Below are positions 21,915 through 32,600 of a stretch of 64,000 nt of DNA, one piece after another. How positions within the stretch are numbered: the first letter of the stretch is position 1; every line of letters begins with the position of its first letter. A program made the position numbers and the translations under genes. The DNA comes from Bacteroidales bacterium (GTDB lineage Bacteria; Bacteroidota; Bacteroidia; Bacteroidales; UBA3824). The notes beneath the pieces were generated by a model. The model searched no databases. It was not told the DNA's origin and saw nothing but the letters and a program-made list of their open reading frames with translations. The stretch spans positions 142,084 through 206,083 of the forward strand of contig JAEDDH010000004.1 of the NCBI GenBank assembly GCA_016293845.1, in the 5' to 3' direction.

Positions 21915-24395
21915 TTAAACAGGGTCAACATTTACAGCGGTTATTAATCCCGCGTGTGTTGCTGTTGACTTTACATATCCAATTGCATCGGTGATAATCT
22001 TTTTGGCAGCGTCGCCATAATGGGTTCGGCTTATTTTCAGCATTATCTCCTTTATATATAGTGTTTGAATACGGCTTATAAGCGGGTATTCGGGACCAAG
22101 TACGCCTGCGCCAAACGAATTTCGAAGAATTCCGGCAAGACGATCCGCCTCAGAATCAAGTAAATGCGGTTCTTTGTGTTTCAATTGTATTTTTATCAAC
22201 CTTGTAAACGGCGGATAAAGAAATTTGCTGCGCTCGGCTATCAAACGATTATACATTAGCATATAATTATTTGAAATAATATCTTGAAACACAGGATGTT
22301 CCGAGTTGTTTGTCTGAATAAGCACCTTGCCTTTGAGTTGAGAACGTCCTGCGCGACCTCCAACTTGCGTAATCAACTGATATGCACGTTCTTCGGCTCT
22401 AAAATCAGGATAATTCAACATACTATCGGCATTAAGTATTGCCACAAGTCTAAGCTTCTTAAAATCAAAGCCTTTTGAAATCATTTGCGTACCTGCAAGA
22501 ATATCTATATTGCCATCTTCAAAATCCGAAATAATTTTTTCGTAACGCGACCGCGATGTGGTAACATCCGAATCCAATCTTGAAATACGTGCTTCGGGGA
22601 AAAAGAGTTTAATTTCGTCCTCAATTTTTTCGGTTCCAAAACCCATAGTTTTCAACGATACATCGCCACACGCCATACAATGATGTGGCATTTCGATGCT
22701 GTATCCGCAATGATGACAAACAAGACGGTTGTCGCGCTTATGGTAAGTAAGGCTAACGTCGCAGTTTTCGCAAACGGGAATCCACCCGCAAGTTTGACAT
22801 TCAACGTAAGGCGAAAATCCTCGGCGGTTTCTAAATAATAATGTCTGTTCGTGGTTTTCGATGCAGGTTTTCACCTCGCCCAAAAGTTGTGGCGAAAACA
22901 GCGATTTCATCTGACGACGTTTGGCGGCGTCTAATGTATTGACAATCAGATATTGTGGTTGTCCATGCTCCGAAAAACGCTTGGTAAGCTCAACAAGACC
23001 GTATTTTCCGCTTTTGGCATTAAAAAACGATTCTAACGATGGCGTAGCCGACCCCAAAAGCACCTTTGCACCCATTATCTGCGCAAGCACAATGGCACAA
23101 TCGCGTGCATGATAGCGCGGTGCAGGGTCAAATTGCTTAAACGAAGTTTCGTGCTCCTCGTCAACAATCACAAGACCAAGGTTTTTGAAGGGTAAAAAAA
23201 TCGACGAACGCACACCGAGTATCAGTTTTGGTTCGTCGCCCGAAATAAGAGATTTCCAAATTTCGGAACGCTCGGCATCCGACATTTTGCTGTGATAAAT
23301 ACAAACCGAATTACCAAAAACCTTTTGCAATCGTCTAATAATCTGCGAAGTAAGCACAATCTCTGGCAAAAGGTAAAGAACATTCTTCCCTTGCGCTAAC
23401 AGTTTATCAATCAGCTTGATATATATTTCAGTTTTGCCGCTTCCCGTTATACCATACAGCAACACGGTGTTTTTTTCGGCAAAATGGTTTTCAATTTGGT
23501 CGAAAGCGGTTTGCTGCTGCGGCGTAAGGTCGTGATATAGTTCTATTTCGCCATCGTATTTTTCTATTCGGCTAACCTCGCGTTCGGTTTCTACCAAAAC
23601 AGATTTTTGAATCAAAGCCGAAAGTGAGGCCGGCGAAAGGTCGTAATTGCTCAACAGTTTTTGACGAGAAATTTCGCCACGGCATTTAATTTCACCGTTT
23701 TCGATTTTCACACCTGCGCCAGCAAGATATGCCATTAGCACATGCAACTGCTTGAGAGCACGGCGTTCAAGGTCGTCAAAAAGTCCTTTGAACTGAATTT
23801 CAAGAGTAAAGCTATCGTGAAGAGAAACAAACTTTTCGGTTTTTGGCTTAATTTTTTCCTCGATAATGCGGTCGGGCACCAAATAACCATTGGCTATAAG
23901 GTTGTTAACCACCGAAATATAGTTTTTAGCAGAAATAATCTTGCCCACTTTCGACATGGGTATTTCTGTAACCTTGTCGTTGAACGCGCCAAGAAGCATT
24001 AGTTCCTTAGGTTTCAACGAGTTATAATCAGCGATTTTTGTTGTGCGGAAAAGGATGGTTTCACTTTCTAATTTCATTCCTGAGGGCAATGCAGCACGGT
24101 ATACCTCTCCTATTGTGCACATATAATAATTGGCAATCCAATACCAAAACTTTATCTGATATGGAGTTACAACAGGAGTTTGGTCTAAAAGCTCAACAAT
24201 CTCCTTAACTTCGTACGAATCAGGTTTTTTGTCGGTGATATTGCAGAGAATACCCGAATACAATTTCGACTTGCCACACGGAACAACAACACGACATCCC
24301 GGTGTGCATTGCTCTATCATATTGTCGGGAATGACGTATGTTAGAAGGTTTGGCAGCGGAATCGGTAATATTACTTCTGCATATCGTGGCAACAT
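21915..24395 (-). CDS. priA: Primosomal protein N' (replication restart helicase PriA)
   Basis: 826 aa. Walker A is GITGSGKTEIY and the DEEH box is VIVDEEHETSFKQ. The cysteine-rich zinc insertion is CQTCGWIPVCENCDVSLTYHKRDNRLVCHHCGY. Confidence 0.95.
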   Translation of the reverse strand: MLPRYAEVILPIPLPNLLTYVIPDNMIEQCTPGCRVVVPCGKSKLYSGILCNITDKKPDSYEVKEIVELLDQTPVVTPYQIKFWYWIANYYMCTIGEVYRAALPSGMKLESETILFRTTKIADYNSLKPKELMLLGAFNDKVTEIPMSKVGKIISAKNYISVVNNLIANGYLVPDRIIEEKIKPKTEKFVSLHDSFTLEIQFKGLFDDLERRALKQLHVLMAYLAGAGVKIENGEIKCRGEISRQKLLSNYDLSPASLSALIQKSVLVETEREVSRIEKYDGEIELYHDLTPQQQTAFDQIENHFAEKNTVLLYGITGSGKTEIYIKLIDKLLAQGKNVLYLLPEIVLTSQIIRRLQKVFGNSVCIYHSKMSDAERSEIWKSLISGDEPKLILGVRSSIFLPFKNLGLVIVDEEHETSFKQFDPAPRYHARDCAIVLAQIMGAKVLLGSATPSLESFFNAKSGKYGLVELTKRFSEHGQPQYLIVNTLDAAKRRQMKSLFSPQLLGEVKTCIENHEQTLLFRNRRGFSPYVECQTCGWIPVCENCDVSLTYHKRDNRLVCHHCGYSIEMPHHCMACGDVSLKTMGFGTEKIEDEIKLFFPEARISRLDSDVTTSRSRYEKIISDFEDGNIDILAGTQMISKGFDFKKLRLVAILNADSMLNYPDFRAEERAYQLITQVGGRAGRSQLKGKVLIQTNNSEHPVFQDIISNNYMLMYNRLIAERSKFLYPPFTRLIKIQLKHKEPHLLDSEADRLAGILRNSFGAGVLGPEYPLISRIQTLYIKEIMLKISRTHYGDAAKKIITDAIGYVKSTATHAGLITAVNVDPV

Positions 24396-24403
24396 CGCTT
24401 ATT

Positions 24404-26533
24404 TTAAATTTCAGATTCCGGCGTACCTGGTGCTTTTTCGTAATCCCTTTGGTAAAGCGGGTTAAGATACTTGTCGGGAACAGTAGTAAGTGGTCGTATC
24501 AACAGAGTTTCTTTTGATCCCTGCTGTTTCATTCTAAACTCAACGCGGCGGTTGTAAGCCTTGGATTCATCATCGTATTCGCCATTAATAATATTAAACG
24601 AAATCGGGTTTTCTTCGCCCAAACCATTAACAACCATTTGTTTAGGTTGAACACCATGCTGAAGCAGATAGTTGTAGACCACTTGTCCGCGTTTTTTCGA
24701 CAATTTAAGGTTATATTCTGCACTACCTTTGGCATCGCAATAAGCTTTGATTTCTACAACGGCATCTCTATTGTTTTTCAAATACTTAGCAAGAGTATCA
24801 AGACTTGCATTCGGTTTCAGAGCCTTAGCATCGCCAAAGGGGAACGAAATATCTTCGATTTCGGCAAGACAATCGTACATCACACCATTTTCGTCGTAGA
24901 ATTTACCAGCAATGTGCTCAGATTCTTCGGATGGCACACGAGGTTCGGGACAATTGTGTTCGGGGTCGAGCTGAATTGTCTTGTAAGTCATTTGAGCGGC
25001 AGCGTTAGAAGCAATGTCGAATGTTTCGGCATAAACCTGTTTGCCATCTACCGAAGCAGTAATGGTATAGTTGTGAGCGCGGCGGCCAATAAAGATATAT
25101 TTGCCGGTAGATTTGTTGGGCAGAGCAGTATTTGTTATGCCAAGGCTATTATCACGAATGGTGATAAGGCTTTCGGGCACTTTGCCTTCGCACACACCAA
25201 CAAAACCTGTTACAACGGTAAGCTCGGTTTCCATAACAGAGGGAAGACCCATTACATAAATATCAGACCTACCGATGCCATCTTTACGCTCAGATGCAAA
25301 ATACGAACGTGCACTTGTAGGTGTAATAAAGAGGAATACATCGTCTTCGGCGGTATTAATGGGGAAACCTGCGTTTACTGCTCGCGACCAAGTGCCAAAC
25401 TCGGTAGCATCGCTATAAAATATATCGTATCCGCCTAAACCTCTGTGCCCCTTGCTACTAAAATAGAGTTTTGAGTTGTCTGGCAAGATAAAAGGACCTT
25501 CTTCGTCTTCGGCAGTGTTAACAGCATCGCCAAGGTTTGTTGCCACACCCCACGTTCCATCGGGCTGACGTTGCGATACATAAATATCATATCCGCCATA
25601 TCCTCCGGGACGGTCGCTTGCAAAATACAACCTTTGACCATCGGTAGATATACATGCACCAGTTTCGCGGTATTTGGTATTGATGTTTTCGTTGAGTGGA
25701 ATAGGCTCTGTCCAATCATCGCCATTAAATTTCGACAGCAACAGAGTTCCATTATCATCTTCGCGATAGATATAAAGTTCAGAACCATCGTACGATAGCG
25801 ACACAGTAGCCTCATGCTCAACTGTATTGATTTTATCGTTGAGCGGCTCGGGTGCCGACCATGTGCCAGTTTCTAATTTGCGCGACATGTAGATGTTTTC
25901 ATCGTATTGGTCGTCGGCTTCAATCTCGTGACCTTTGTAGGGACGGCGCGAAGTAAACAGCAACATCGATTCGTCGGCGGTAAGCACGGGGCTGTGGTCT
26001 GAGAACTCACTATTAACAATAGCTCCAAGATTCTGCACCTGTATTTCCACGGGATGACTTTTCATTTCGTTGGTAAGGTTGCAGAGGTCGATTTCTTTGT
26101 CGATAATTTCAAGAAATCTTTTGTTAGAAACGCTGCGTCTTAGTTTTTCGAGAGTGCTAAGTGCTTGGTCGATAGAATCATTAACGCGATAGGCACGTCC
26201 AAGATAAAATTCAGTTTCGATACCTTGAGTACCCTTGCGCTGTTTTGGTTTGTAGGTGCTGTATGCTTTTTTAAACTCGCTTATCGAAGAATCTTTTTTA
26301 GCAGAAGTGTTGAGGTAACAGAAACCGAGTTGAAAATGGTAAAGGCCATTGTCGGGCTCCATCTCAATCATTTTTTTATAGAGCGAAATTGCCGACGAAA
26401 AGTCTTCGTTAAACACCATTGATTCGGCCATTCCAATGTTAATATCGTCTTGGGCAGACGCTGTTTTGGTTAAACATAAAGAGCCTGCAAATACCGCAAT
26501 CACAACGATAAATGAAAAAAATGTTTTTTTCAT
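24404..26533 (-). CDS. OmpA-family envelope protein with TPR, TolB-like (PD40/WD40-like) repeats and C-terminal OmpA domain
   Basis: Signal peptide, then recurrent S..G..LYF.S.R.GG.GG.DIY repeats (PD40-type). The OmpA-like C-terminus has YNLKLSKKRGQVVYNYL...NRRVEFRM. The start is ATG 26533 (MKKTFF) or 26545. Confidence 0.8.
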   Translation of the reverse strand: MKKTFFSFIVVIAVFAGSLCLTKTASAQDDINIGMAESMVFNEDFSSAISLYKKMIEMEPDNGLYHFQLGFCYLNTSAKKDSSISEFKKAYSTYKPKQRKGTQGIETEFYLGRAYRVNDSIDQALSTLEKLRRSVSNKRFLEIIDKEIDLCNLTNEMKSHPVEIQVQNLGAIVNSEFSDHSPVLTADESMLLFTSRRPYKGHEIEADDQYDENIYMSRKLETGTWSAPEPLNDKINTVEHEATVSLSYDGSELYIYREDDNGTLLLSKFNGDDWTEPIPLNENINTKYRETGACISTDGQRLYFASDRPGGYGGYDIYVSQRQPDGTWGVATNLGDAVNTAEDEEGPFILPDNSKLYFSSKGHRGLGGYDIFYSDATEFGTWSRAVNAGFPINTAEDDVFLFITPTSARSYFASERKDGIGRSDIYVMGLPSVMETELTVVTGFVGVCEGKVPESLITIRDNSLGITNTALPNKSTGKYIFIGRRAHNYTITASVDGKQVYAETFDIASNAAAQMTYKTIQLDPEHNCPEPRVPSEESEHIAGKFYDENGVMYDCLAEIEDISFPFGDAKALKPNASLDTLAKYLKNNRDAVVEIKAYCDAKGSAEYNLKLSKKRGQVVYNYLLQHGVQPKQMVVNGLGEENPISFNIINGEYDDESKAYNRRVEFRMKQQGSKETLLIRPLTTVPDKYLNPLYQRDYEKAPGTPESEI

Positions 26534-26605
26534 ACTGTCAAACATTAGAATGTTATGTAATTTATTTTGCTACAAATTTATTAATTTTCTGTTACCTCAA
26601 AAAAT

Positions 26606-27757
26606 TTATTCAAAAAAATATGCCTTTGCCAAATCTCTCAGATTGTAGCGCGAAGCCATAATTTCGCCGTATGCTCCCGCCGAACGGAAAGCAATTAAGT
26701 CGCCACGTTGAGTAACGGGCAGCTTGTAGCCCTGAGCAAATACGTCGGTAGATTCGCAAATAGGGCCTACCACATCGTAAGTTTCGGTTTCGTTTGAAGG
26801 CGAAGTTATATTTTCGATTTTGTGATACGAACCGTAAAGAGCAGGACGAATCAAGTCGTTGAATCCAGCGTCTACAATTGCAAACGTGGTTTTGCTTGCC
26901 GGCTTGGTATACAAAGTACGGGCAATCATTGTGCCACATTGCGCAACCACAGCTCTACCAAACTCAAAATGAACTTTTTGACCTTCGCGAACGTCAAGAT
27001 TTTGATGAATTGTATCTAACAAGTTTTCAAAATCGGGAATCGGATTTTGGTCGGGATTGTAATAATCAACGCCAAGACCGCCTCCGAGATTGATTTCGGG
27101 CAAATTGAGACCCAACAATTGCAATTTTTGCTGCATTTCGTTGCTGCGTTGGCACAAAAGGCGATAAGGTTCTAAATCGAGAATTTGCGAACCAATATGG
27201 AAATGAATACCCACAAGGTTGATATTTTTTAGCACCATAACCTCTTTAACCACATCTTCTAAATAGTTGAAGTTGATACCAAATTTGCTGTCTTCCAAGC
27301 CAGTGTTGATACATTTATTGGTGTGGGCATCGATACCGGGATTGAGTCGCAATGCAATACGAGCGATTTTGCCACTTTGCGAAGCCAACTGATTGATTAC
27401 CTGAATTTCTTGTATAGATTCGCAGTTGAAACAAAAAATATCGTGTGCAAGAGCATCGTTGATCTCCTTGTCGGATTTTCCGACACCGGCAAACACTACT
27501 TTTGACGGGCTAAAACCACATTCAATAGCCTTGAGAACCTCGTTGCCGCTAACGCAGTCGGCTCCAAAGCCATATTCGCAAATGGTTTTTAAAATTTCAG
27601 GATTAGCATTGGCTTTTACAGCATAATGAATTTTGTAGCCATATTTGCTTGCCGCCTTCAACAGTGTGTCGAGCGTGCGGCGCAATAGCGACAAATCATA
27701 ATAATAAAAAGGTGTGGGAGTAGTTTCAAACTTTGAAATTAATTCTTTGGTAAACAT
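26606..27757 (-). CDS. lysA: Diaminopimelate decarboxylase
   Basis: 383 aa with TPFYYYD, the PLP-lysine motif HYAVKANANP, and GGGLGVDYY and CESTD motifs of the group IV decarboxylase fold. Confidence 0.92.
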   Translation of the reverse strand: MFTKELISKFETTPTPFYYYDLSLLRRTLDTLLKAASKYGYKIHYAVKANANPEILKTICEYGFGADCVSGNEVLKAIECGFSPSKVVFAGVGKSDKEINDALAHDIFCFNCESIQEIQVINQLASQSGKIARIALRLNPGIDAHTNKCINTGLEDSKFGINFNYLEDVVKEVMVLKNINLVGIHFHIGSQILDLEPYRLLCQRSNEMQQKLQLLGLNLPEINLGGGLGVDYYNPDQNPIPDFENLLDTIHQNLDVREGQKVHFEFGRAVVAQCGTMIARTLYTKPASKTTFAIVDAGFNDLIRPALYGSYHKIENITSPSNETETYDVVGPICESTDVFAQGYKLPVTQRGDLIAFRSAGAYGEIMASRYNLRDLAKAYFFE

Positions 27758-27937
27758 AATCAGTGTGTTAATAAAAAAAATGCTACATAATTTTTCGGGT
27801 TCAAAAATACGTTTTCAATTTTTTTCTGCAAAATTTTTTGTAAAATAATATATATATTAAACAATTTGTTAATTTTGTAACAAAACAAAGCAAGATAAAA
27901 CTCTGCTCAAAACGGCAAGATGTTTGTTTTTATCTAA

Positions 27938-27954
27938 TATATTTGCTACCTTTG
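27938..27954 (+). promoter_or_regulatory. Two adjacent -7 boxes (TATATTTG, TACCTTTG)
   Basis: Both match TAnnTTTG and lie 42-58 nt upstream of ATG 27996. They sit at the end of a 240-nt AT-rich intergenic region. Confidence 0.4.
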
Positions 27955-27995
27955 TAATTGCAAATGATTAATATTAAGAAATAAAAAACGGCAAA

Positions 27996-29900
27996 ATGAA
28001 CACACCCGAACAGCTATCGGTAAAATTTAAATTCAGAATAATGCTCATCTGTTTTGCGGCATACGCCGTACTTACAGGACTGTCGTTTATATATCTGACT
28101 ATCCACTACAACCAAATAGACGCAAGCTATCAAACCGAAACCACGATAAAAAACGAACTTGGCGAAATCCGTAACCTTCAATACGAACTCTTTGGTCTTT
28201 ACTCATCCACCCGAAACAAAGAGAAAGAAGATACGCTTATGTCGGAAATCAACAAGTTGTGCGCTCGTATCGACAAAGGAATCAACACATTATCAGAAGT
28301 AGAGCCCGAGCTCAACCGCAAAACCGTTCAATCAATATCCATACTGCGCGAAGAGTTCGACAACTACCAAAGCAAAATTAAAGAAATAGCCAAAACCAAA
28401 GAAGACATCAACGCCCTCATTGAAGACGCAGGCCGCCTCAATACCGACCGCAACACTGTGCGCAAAACCCTATTCCAGTTTACTCTCGCAGGCATGAGCA
28501 AAATGTTTGACGAAGCTTGCAAAAACGAAAAAGCATTCTTAGACAACAGCAGCATAGAGTATTACGAAAAATTCAACAAGCAAATCGATGGCATCAACAA
28601 TATTCTAAAATCTACCAACACAAGCAATATTTTGATAAAGTATCAGATGTCGAAACTGATGGATCAATTGTCGGAATATCGAATGACATTTAACCTTGTG
28701 TTTTCTAAACAGTTGCTACTCGGTCTTAACAACAACGACGGATTCAAAGGTGAAGCTGTGGCTCAAGTAAAAACCATGCAAAACGATATCGACGAGCTGA
28801 TTTTAGAATCCGACATTCTGCGTGCCGAAAAAAAGAAAAAAACCAACACTATAGTAGCTGTGGTGCAGATTTCGGTTATCATAATTGGCTTAACATTCTT
28901 CTTGATACTATTCTCGTCGGTAAACCACCCGATAGAAAAGATGAACGGCTATCTCGAAAAAATGCTAAAAGGCGACCTCACTCCGCCCAACATCAACGAA
29001 AACAGCAACAGCGAAATGAACGTGATGGCTAAAAAATTAGCCCTGTTTATCAACAATTTGAAACAAAAGCAGCTCTTTACCCAAGATATTGGCAGCGGCG
29101 ACACCCAAAAAGAGTTACCACTGCTAAGCGAAAACGACGAACTTGGAATTTCGCTCATCAACATGAAGAAAAATCTTGAAGAGCTATACGAATCGTATAA
29201 AAAACGCCGCGAAGCCGACGAAATTCAAGACAAAATCAACATCGGACTTGCCGAGTTTGGCGACATTCTGCGCAAAAACAACAACAATATCGACACTCTC
29301 TGCGACGAAACCACTCGCAACCTTATACACTATATGGCAGCCAATTACGCAGCCATGTATATCTATGTGGACGACAATCCTACCGACATTCACCTCGAAA
29401 TGAAAGCCACATACGCCGCCGACCACAAAAAATTTGTTCAGAAAAAAATCAGCCTCTACGAAGGCATTGTGGGAACATGCGCAGTGGAAAAAAATATTCA
29501 AATAATCGACGATATTCCTGCCGATTACATAAAAATTGGCTCGGGGTTTGGATTTACAAAACCAGGACACCTTATTGTAGTGCCCCTTATGCTCAAAGAC
29601 GAAATTTATGGTATTATCGAACTCTGCCGCACCGACAAGTTTGAAGATTACCGCATTAAATTTATCGAGCACCTTGCCGAAGATATTGCAAGCACTATCT
29701 CGTATGTAAAAGAAAACGCCAAAAACCTCTTTAAACTACACGAGGAAGGCAAACGTCTCGACGATTATTCGCAACGGATTCAAAAACTTGAAAAAGAAAA
29801 CGCTGCTCAAAACGCCGAAATCAAAAAATACAAAAAAGAGATTGAAAAGTTGAAAAGAGAAAACGAAAAACTCACCGACCAACAAATTTTAAACCAGTAG
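27996..29900 (+). CDS. Membrane sensor: helical extracytoplasmic domain, TM, HAMP-like segments, GAF domain, C-terminal coiled coil (no enzymatic output domain)
   Basis: Two TM segments flank ~250 helical residues. HAMP-like linkers are present (HPIEKMNGYLEKML..., ...SENDELGISLINMKKNL). A GAF-like region follows (LYEGIVGTCAVEKNIQIIDDIPADY...VVPLMLKDEIYGIIEL). The protein ends in KLEKENAAQNAEIKKYKKEIEKLKRENEKL. Confidence 0.7.
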   Translation: MNTPEQLSVKFKFRIMLICFAAYAVLTGLSFIYLTIHYNQIDASYQTETTIKNELGEIRNLQYELFGLYSSTRNKEKEDTLMSEINKLCARIDKGINTLSEVEPELNRKTVQSISILREEFDNYQSKIKEIAKTKEDINALIEDAGRLNTDRNTVRKTLFQFTLAGMSKMFDEACKNEKAFLDNSSIEYYEKFNKQIDGINNILKSTNTSNILIKYQMSKLMDQLSEYRMTFNLVFSKQLLLGLNNNDGFKGEAVAQVKTMQNDIDELILESDILRAEKKKKTNTIVAVVQISVIIIGLTFFLILFSSVNHPIEKMNGYLEKMLKGDLTPPNINENSNSEMNVMAKKLALFINNLKQKQLFTQDIGSGDTQKELPLLSENDELGISLINMKKNLEELYESYKKRREADEIQDKINIGLAEFGDILRKNNNNIDTLCDETTRNLIHYMAANYAAMYIYVDDNPTDIHLEMKATYAADHKKFVQKKISLYEGIVGTCAVEKNIQIIDDIPADYIKIGSGFGFTKPGHLIVVPLMLKDEIYGIIELCRTDKFEDYRIKFIEHLAEDIASTISYVKENAKNLFKLHEEGKRLDDYSQRIQKLEKENAAQNAEIKKYKKEIEKLKRENEKLTDQQILNQ

Positions 29901-29915
29901 CAAACCACACCAACA

Positions 29916-32600
29916 ATGGAAAACGACAAAACAAGGAGTCACAAACTAAACACTATTAGATGGAAAGTCGTAATGTCGGCATCGATTGCCGCTATACTGC
30001 TGTGCGCCGCTGTGTTGTTTGTATTTCACAAAGTTGTAGACCAAAAGCTGTCGGATTACAGTCGACAAAAAAGCAATATCACCACCGATAAATATACTGT
30101 GTTTTTTGAAAAACAACTTAACACCACAATATTCAACCTCAACGCTCAAGCCAATGCTCTTTCGGCTCTTATTCAGCAGACTGGAAATGCAGCAAGAGAC
30201 ATTTCGGTGAGCACTCTGTCGTTGTATCTACAAAAAGATCAGACCATAAAATCTATTTTTATAATTTCCGAGCCATATATTCTCACCAATAGCGACAGCC
30301 TGTTGGTAAACACAAATCCCGGATTTCCTATTGGATGGTATGGCAAAATTACACGTCACGAAAACACCGACACTCCCGAAATCACCAACGATTTACTCGC
30401 CACATCCACAGAGGTTTACGACCTTTATCGCGATACCAAGCACGACCTTGCGTCAAAAATTCTCGCTCTCGACATCGACGGTGAAATCACAAACACGTTA
30501 GTATGCCTTATTCCGTTTTTTCACAAAGATAAATTTGCCGGTGTAATTGGTGCCGACATCGACCTAAAATATTATCGAAACATACTCGACGAGCTGATTC
30601 CATCAGACCAATACGTAATTATCGCCGACAAAAACGGCAAAATATTCTACTCGCGCAAAAAAGAATTTCAAAACCACTATATAACAGAAACTCTGCGTTT
30701 TACCGAGGAACAATACAATATTATGGAAAAAACCAGCGAAAATCTTTCTGCCGATATTGAAACCAACCTTGCCGAAAACGACAACCAAAGCGTTTATATT
30801 CACAACAAACGCATCTCGATACCGTCCACCAACGATTTTTTTGCGCAAATTACTATCACCCCATCCATATCGCTCAAAACCGACCAATTAAAAGCAGAAG
30901 GTTCGGCGGTAATAATTTCGTTGTTGCTGCTCACTATCTTTATTATAGCAGTAATAATTATTTCGGGATACATAACCAAACCCCTCACCGCTCTCCGCGA
31001 TATTGTTAAACAAATAGCCGGAGGAAATTTTGAAATAGAGACATGGTCAAACTCTCAAGCATTGCACACAACCGAATTTGATTCGATATTGCGGTCGCTC
31101 CACTGGCTCACCAACTCACTAAAACAAACTGCCGAATTTGCATCCGACATTCGTGATGGCAACTTAGACGCAGAATATAAGGTATCTATAAAAAATAATG
31201 CTATAGGCACAGCCCTTGTTTCGATGCGCGACAGTATGATAGAGACTCGCGAAAAAGAACAAAAACGTATTGCCGAAGAAAAACGCACCCAGTGGGCTAC
31301 CGAAGGTCACTCTATATTTAGTGATATTCTGCGAAACAGCGTTTCAGACATTCACAAGCTTAGCAACGCCGTTATCGACAACCTTGTACCTTATATTAAT
31401 GTAAACCAAGGCGGTATCTTTATCCGCACCAAAGACCCCAACGATCAAGAAAAAGAAATACTTGAACTATATGGAGTGTTTGCATTTGGACACGAGAGGT
31501 TTCACAAGCGCACCTTGCAGTTAGACGAAGGTCTTATAGGTGCCTGTGCAATGGAAAAACACACTATTGTGCTCAACAATGTGCCCGACAACTATGCTGA
31601 CATCAGTTCGGGACTTGGCAAGGCTAAGCCCAAAGCCATAATGTTTGTACCCCTTGTCTACAACGATACTCTTTATGGTGTAATGGAATTTGCATCGTTT
31701 AAAGAATTTGAACAATATCAAATATCATTTGTGGAGCGTATTTCTGAAAACGTGGCTTCGACCATTGCCAACGCAAAAATCAACGAACAGACAGCCGAGC
31801 TGCTTCAACAGTCGCGTCTGCAATCAAAACAGATGGAAGAAAAAGAAGCCAACCTCCGCAGCGAAATCGAAACCCTTACAAGTCTTGTAGAAACATCTCA
31901 ATACGAACTATCGCAAATAGAAAAAACTCAATATGCCCTCAACCGCACCATTATGAGCGCAGTATTTAGTATCAAAGGCGAAACTCTCGATGCCAACCGA
32001 AAATTCTGTTTACGTTACACATTGGATGTCAACGATATAAAGCGCAAAAACATCTACGAAATTTTGCAATTGACCCTTGCTAAATACGATGACTTTAAGC
32101 GTGTTTGGGACAGCGTTAAGCAGGGCAGCACCGAAACCTACGTTTCTGAATTTAAAATCAACAATTCGATTCGTAAGATCAAAAACATACTTGTGCCCAT
32201 CTACAATTCTGACAACTCAGTAGAAAAAATACTCTGCCTTGCATTCGACGTTACCACACAGCTCAACACCGAAGAAGAACTCGCCAAAATACAAAAGCAA
32301 TACACATCGGTAAGCGAAGAATCTAAAAACATGAAAAAAAAGATCAAGCAGTTTACCGAAGATATCGAACAGCTTAACCGCGAACTTACTGATTCTAAGC
32401 GTCAGAATGTAGAAAACCGTCAAAAATTTGACAAGGCATCTGCGTCAGAAGCATTCTTCAAGCGCGAACTCGAAAAACGCATCACCAAGTTCCGCAAAAT
32501 TGAAGCTAACCTCAAAACCAAAGTTAAAAACCTTGAAACTCAATTAGAAAGCTACACCAAAAACAACAACGACGAAAACAATAAGAATATCACTCAATAA
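29916..32600 (+). CDS. Membrane sensor: Cache-like domain, TM, HAMP, GAF, PAS-like domain, coiled coil (no enzymatic output domain)
   Basis: The periplasmic part resembles a Cache domain ([14 protein letters not shown]...[12 protein letters not shown]). It is followed by HAMP ([20 protein letters not shown]) and GAF ([25 protein letters not shown]...[16 protein letters not shown]). Next comes a ~110-aa PAS-like segment and then a long coiled coil. The stop overlaps the next ATG (TAATG). Confidence 0.7.
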   Translation: MENDKTRSHKLNTIRWKVVMSASIAAILLCAAVLFVFHKVVDQKLSDYSRQKSNITTDKYTVFFEKQLNTTIFNLNAQANALSALIQQTGNAARDISVSTLSLYLQKDQTIKSIFIISEPYILTNSDSLLVNTNPGFPIGWYGKITRHENTDTPEITNDLLATSTEVYDLYRDTKHDLASKILALDIDGEITNTLVCLIPFFHKDKFAGVIGADIDLKYYRNILDELIPSDQYVIIADKNGKIFYSRKKEFQNHYITETLRFTEEQYNIMEKTSENLSADIETNLAENDNQSVYIHNKRISIPSTNDFFAQITITPSISLKTDQLKAEGSAVIISLLLLTIFIIAVIIISGYITKPLTALRDIVKQIAGGNFEIETWSNSQALHTTEFDSILRSLHWLTNSLKQTAEFASDIRDGNLDAEYKVSIKNNAIGTALVSMRDSMIETREKEQKRIAEEKRTQWATEGHSIFSDILRNSVSDIHKLSNAVIDNLVPYINVNQGGIFIRTKDPNDQEKEILELYGVFAFGHERFHKRTLQLDEGLIGACAMEKHTIVLNNVPDNYADISSGLGKAKPKAIMFVPLVYNDTLYGVMEFASFKEFEQYQISFVERISENVASTIANAKINEQTAELLQQSRLQSKQMEEKEANLRSEIETLTSLVETSQYELSQIEKTQYALNRTIMSAVFSIKGETLDANRKFCLRYTLDVNDIKRKNIYEILQLTLAKYDDFKRVWDSVKQGSTETYVSEFKINNSIRKIKNILVPIYNSDNSVEKILCLAFDVTTQLNTEEELAKIQKQYTSVSEESKNMKKKIKQFTEDIEQLNRELTDSKRQNVENRQKFDKASASEAFFKRELEKRITKFRKIEANLKTKVKNLETQLESYTKNNNDENNKNITQ

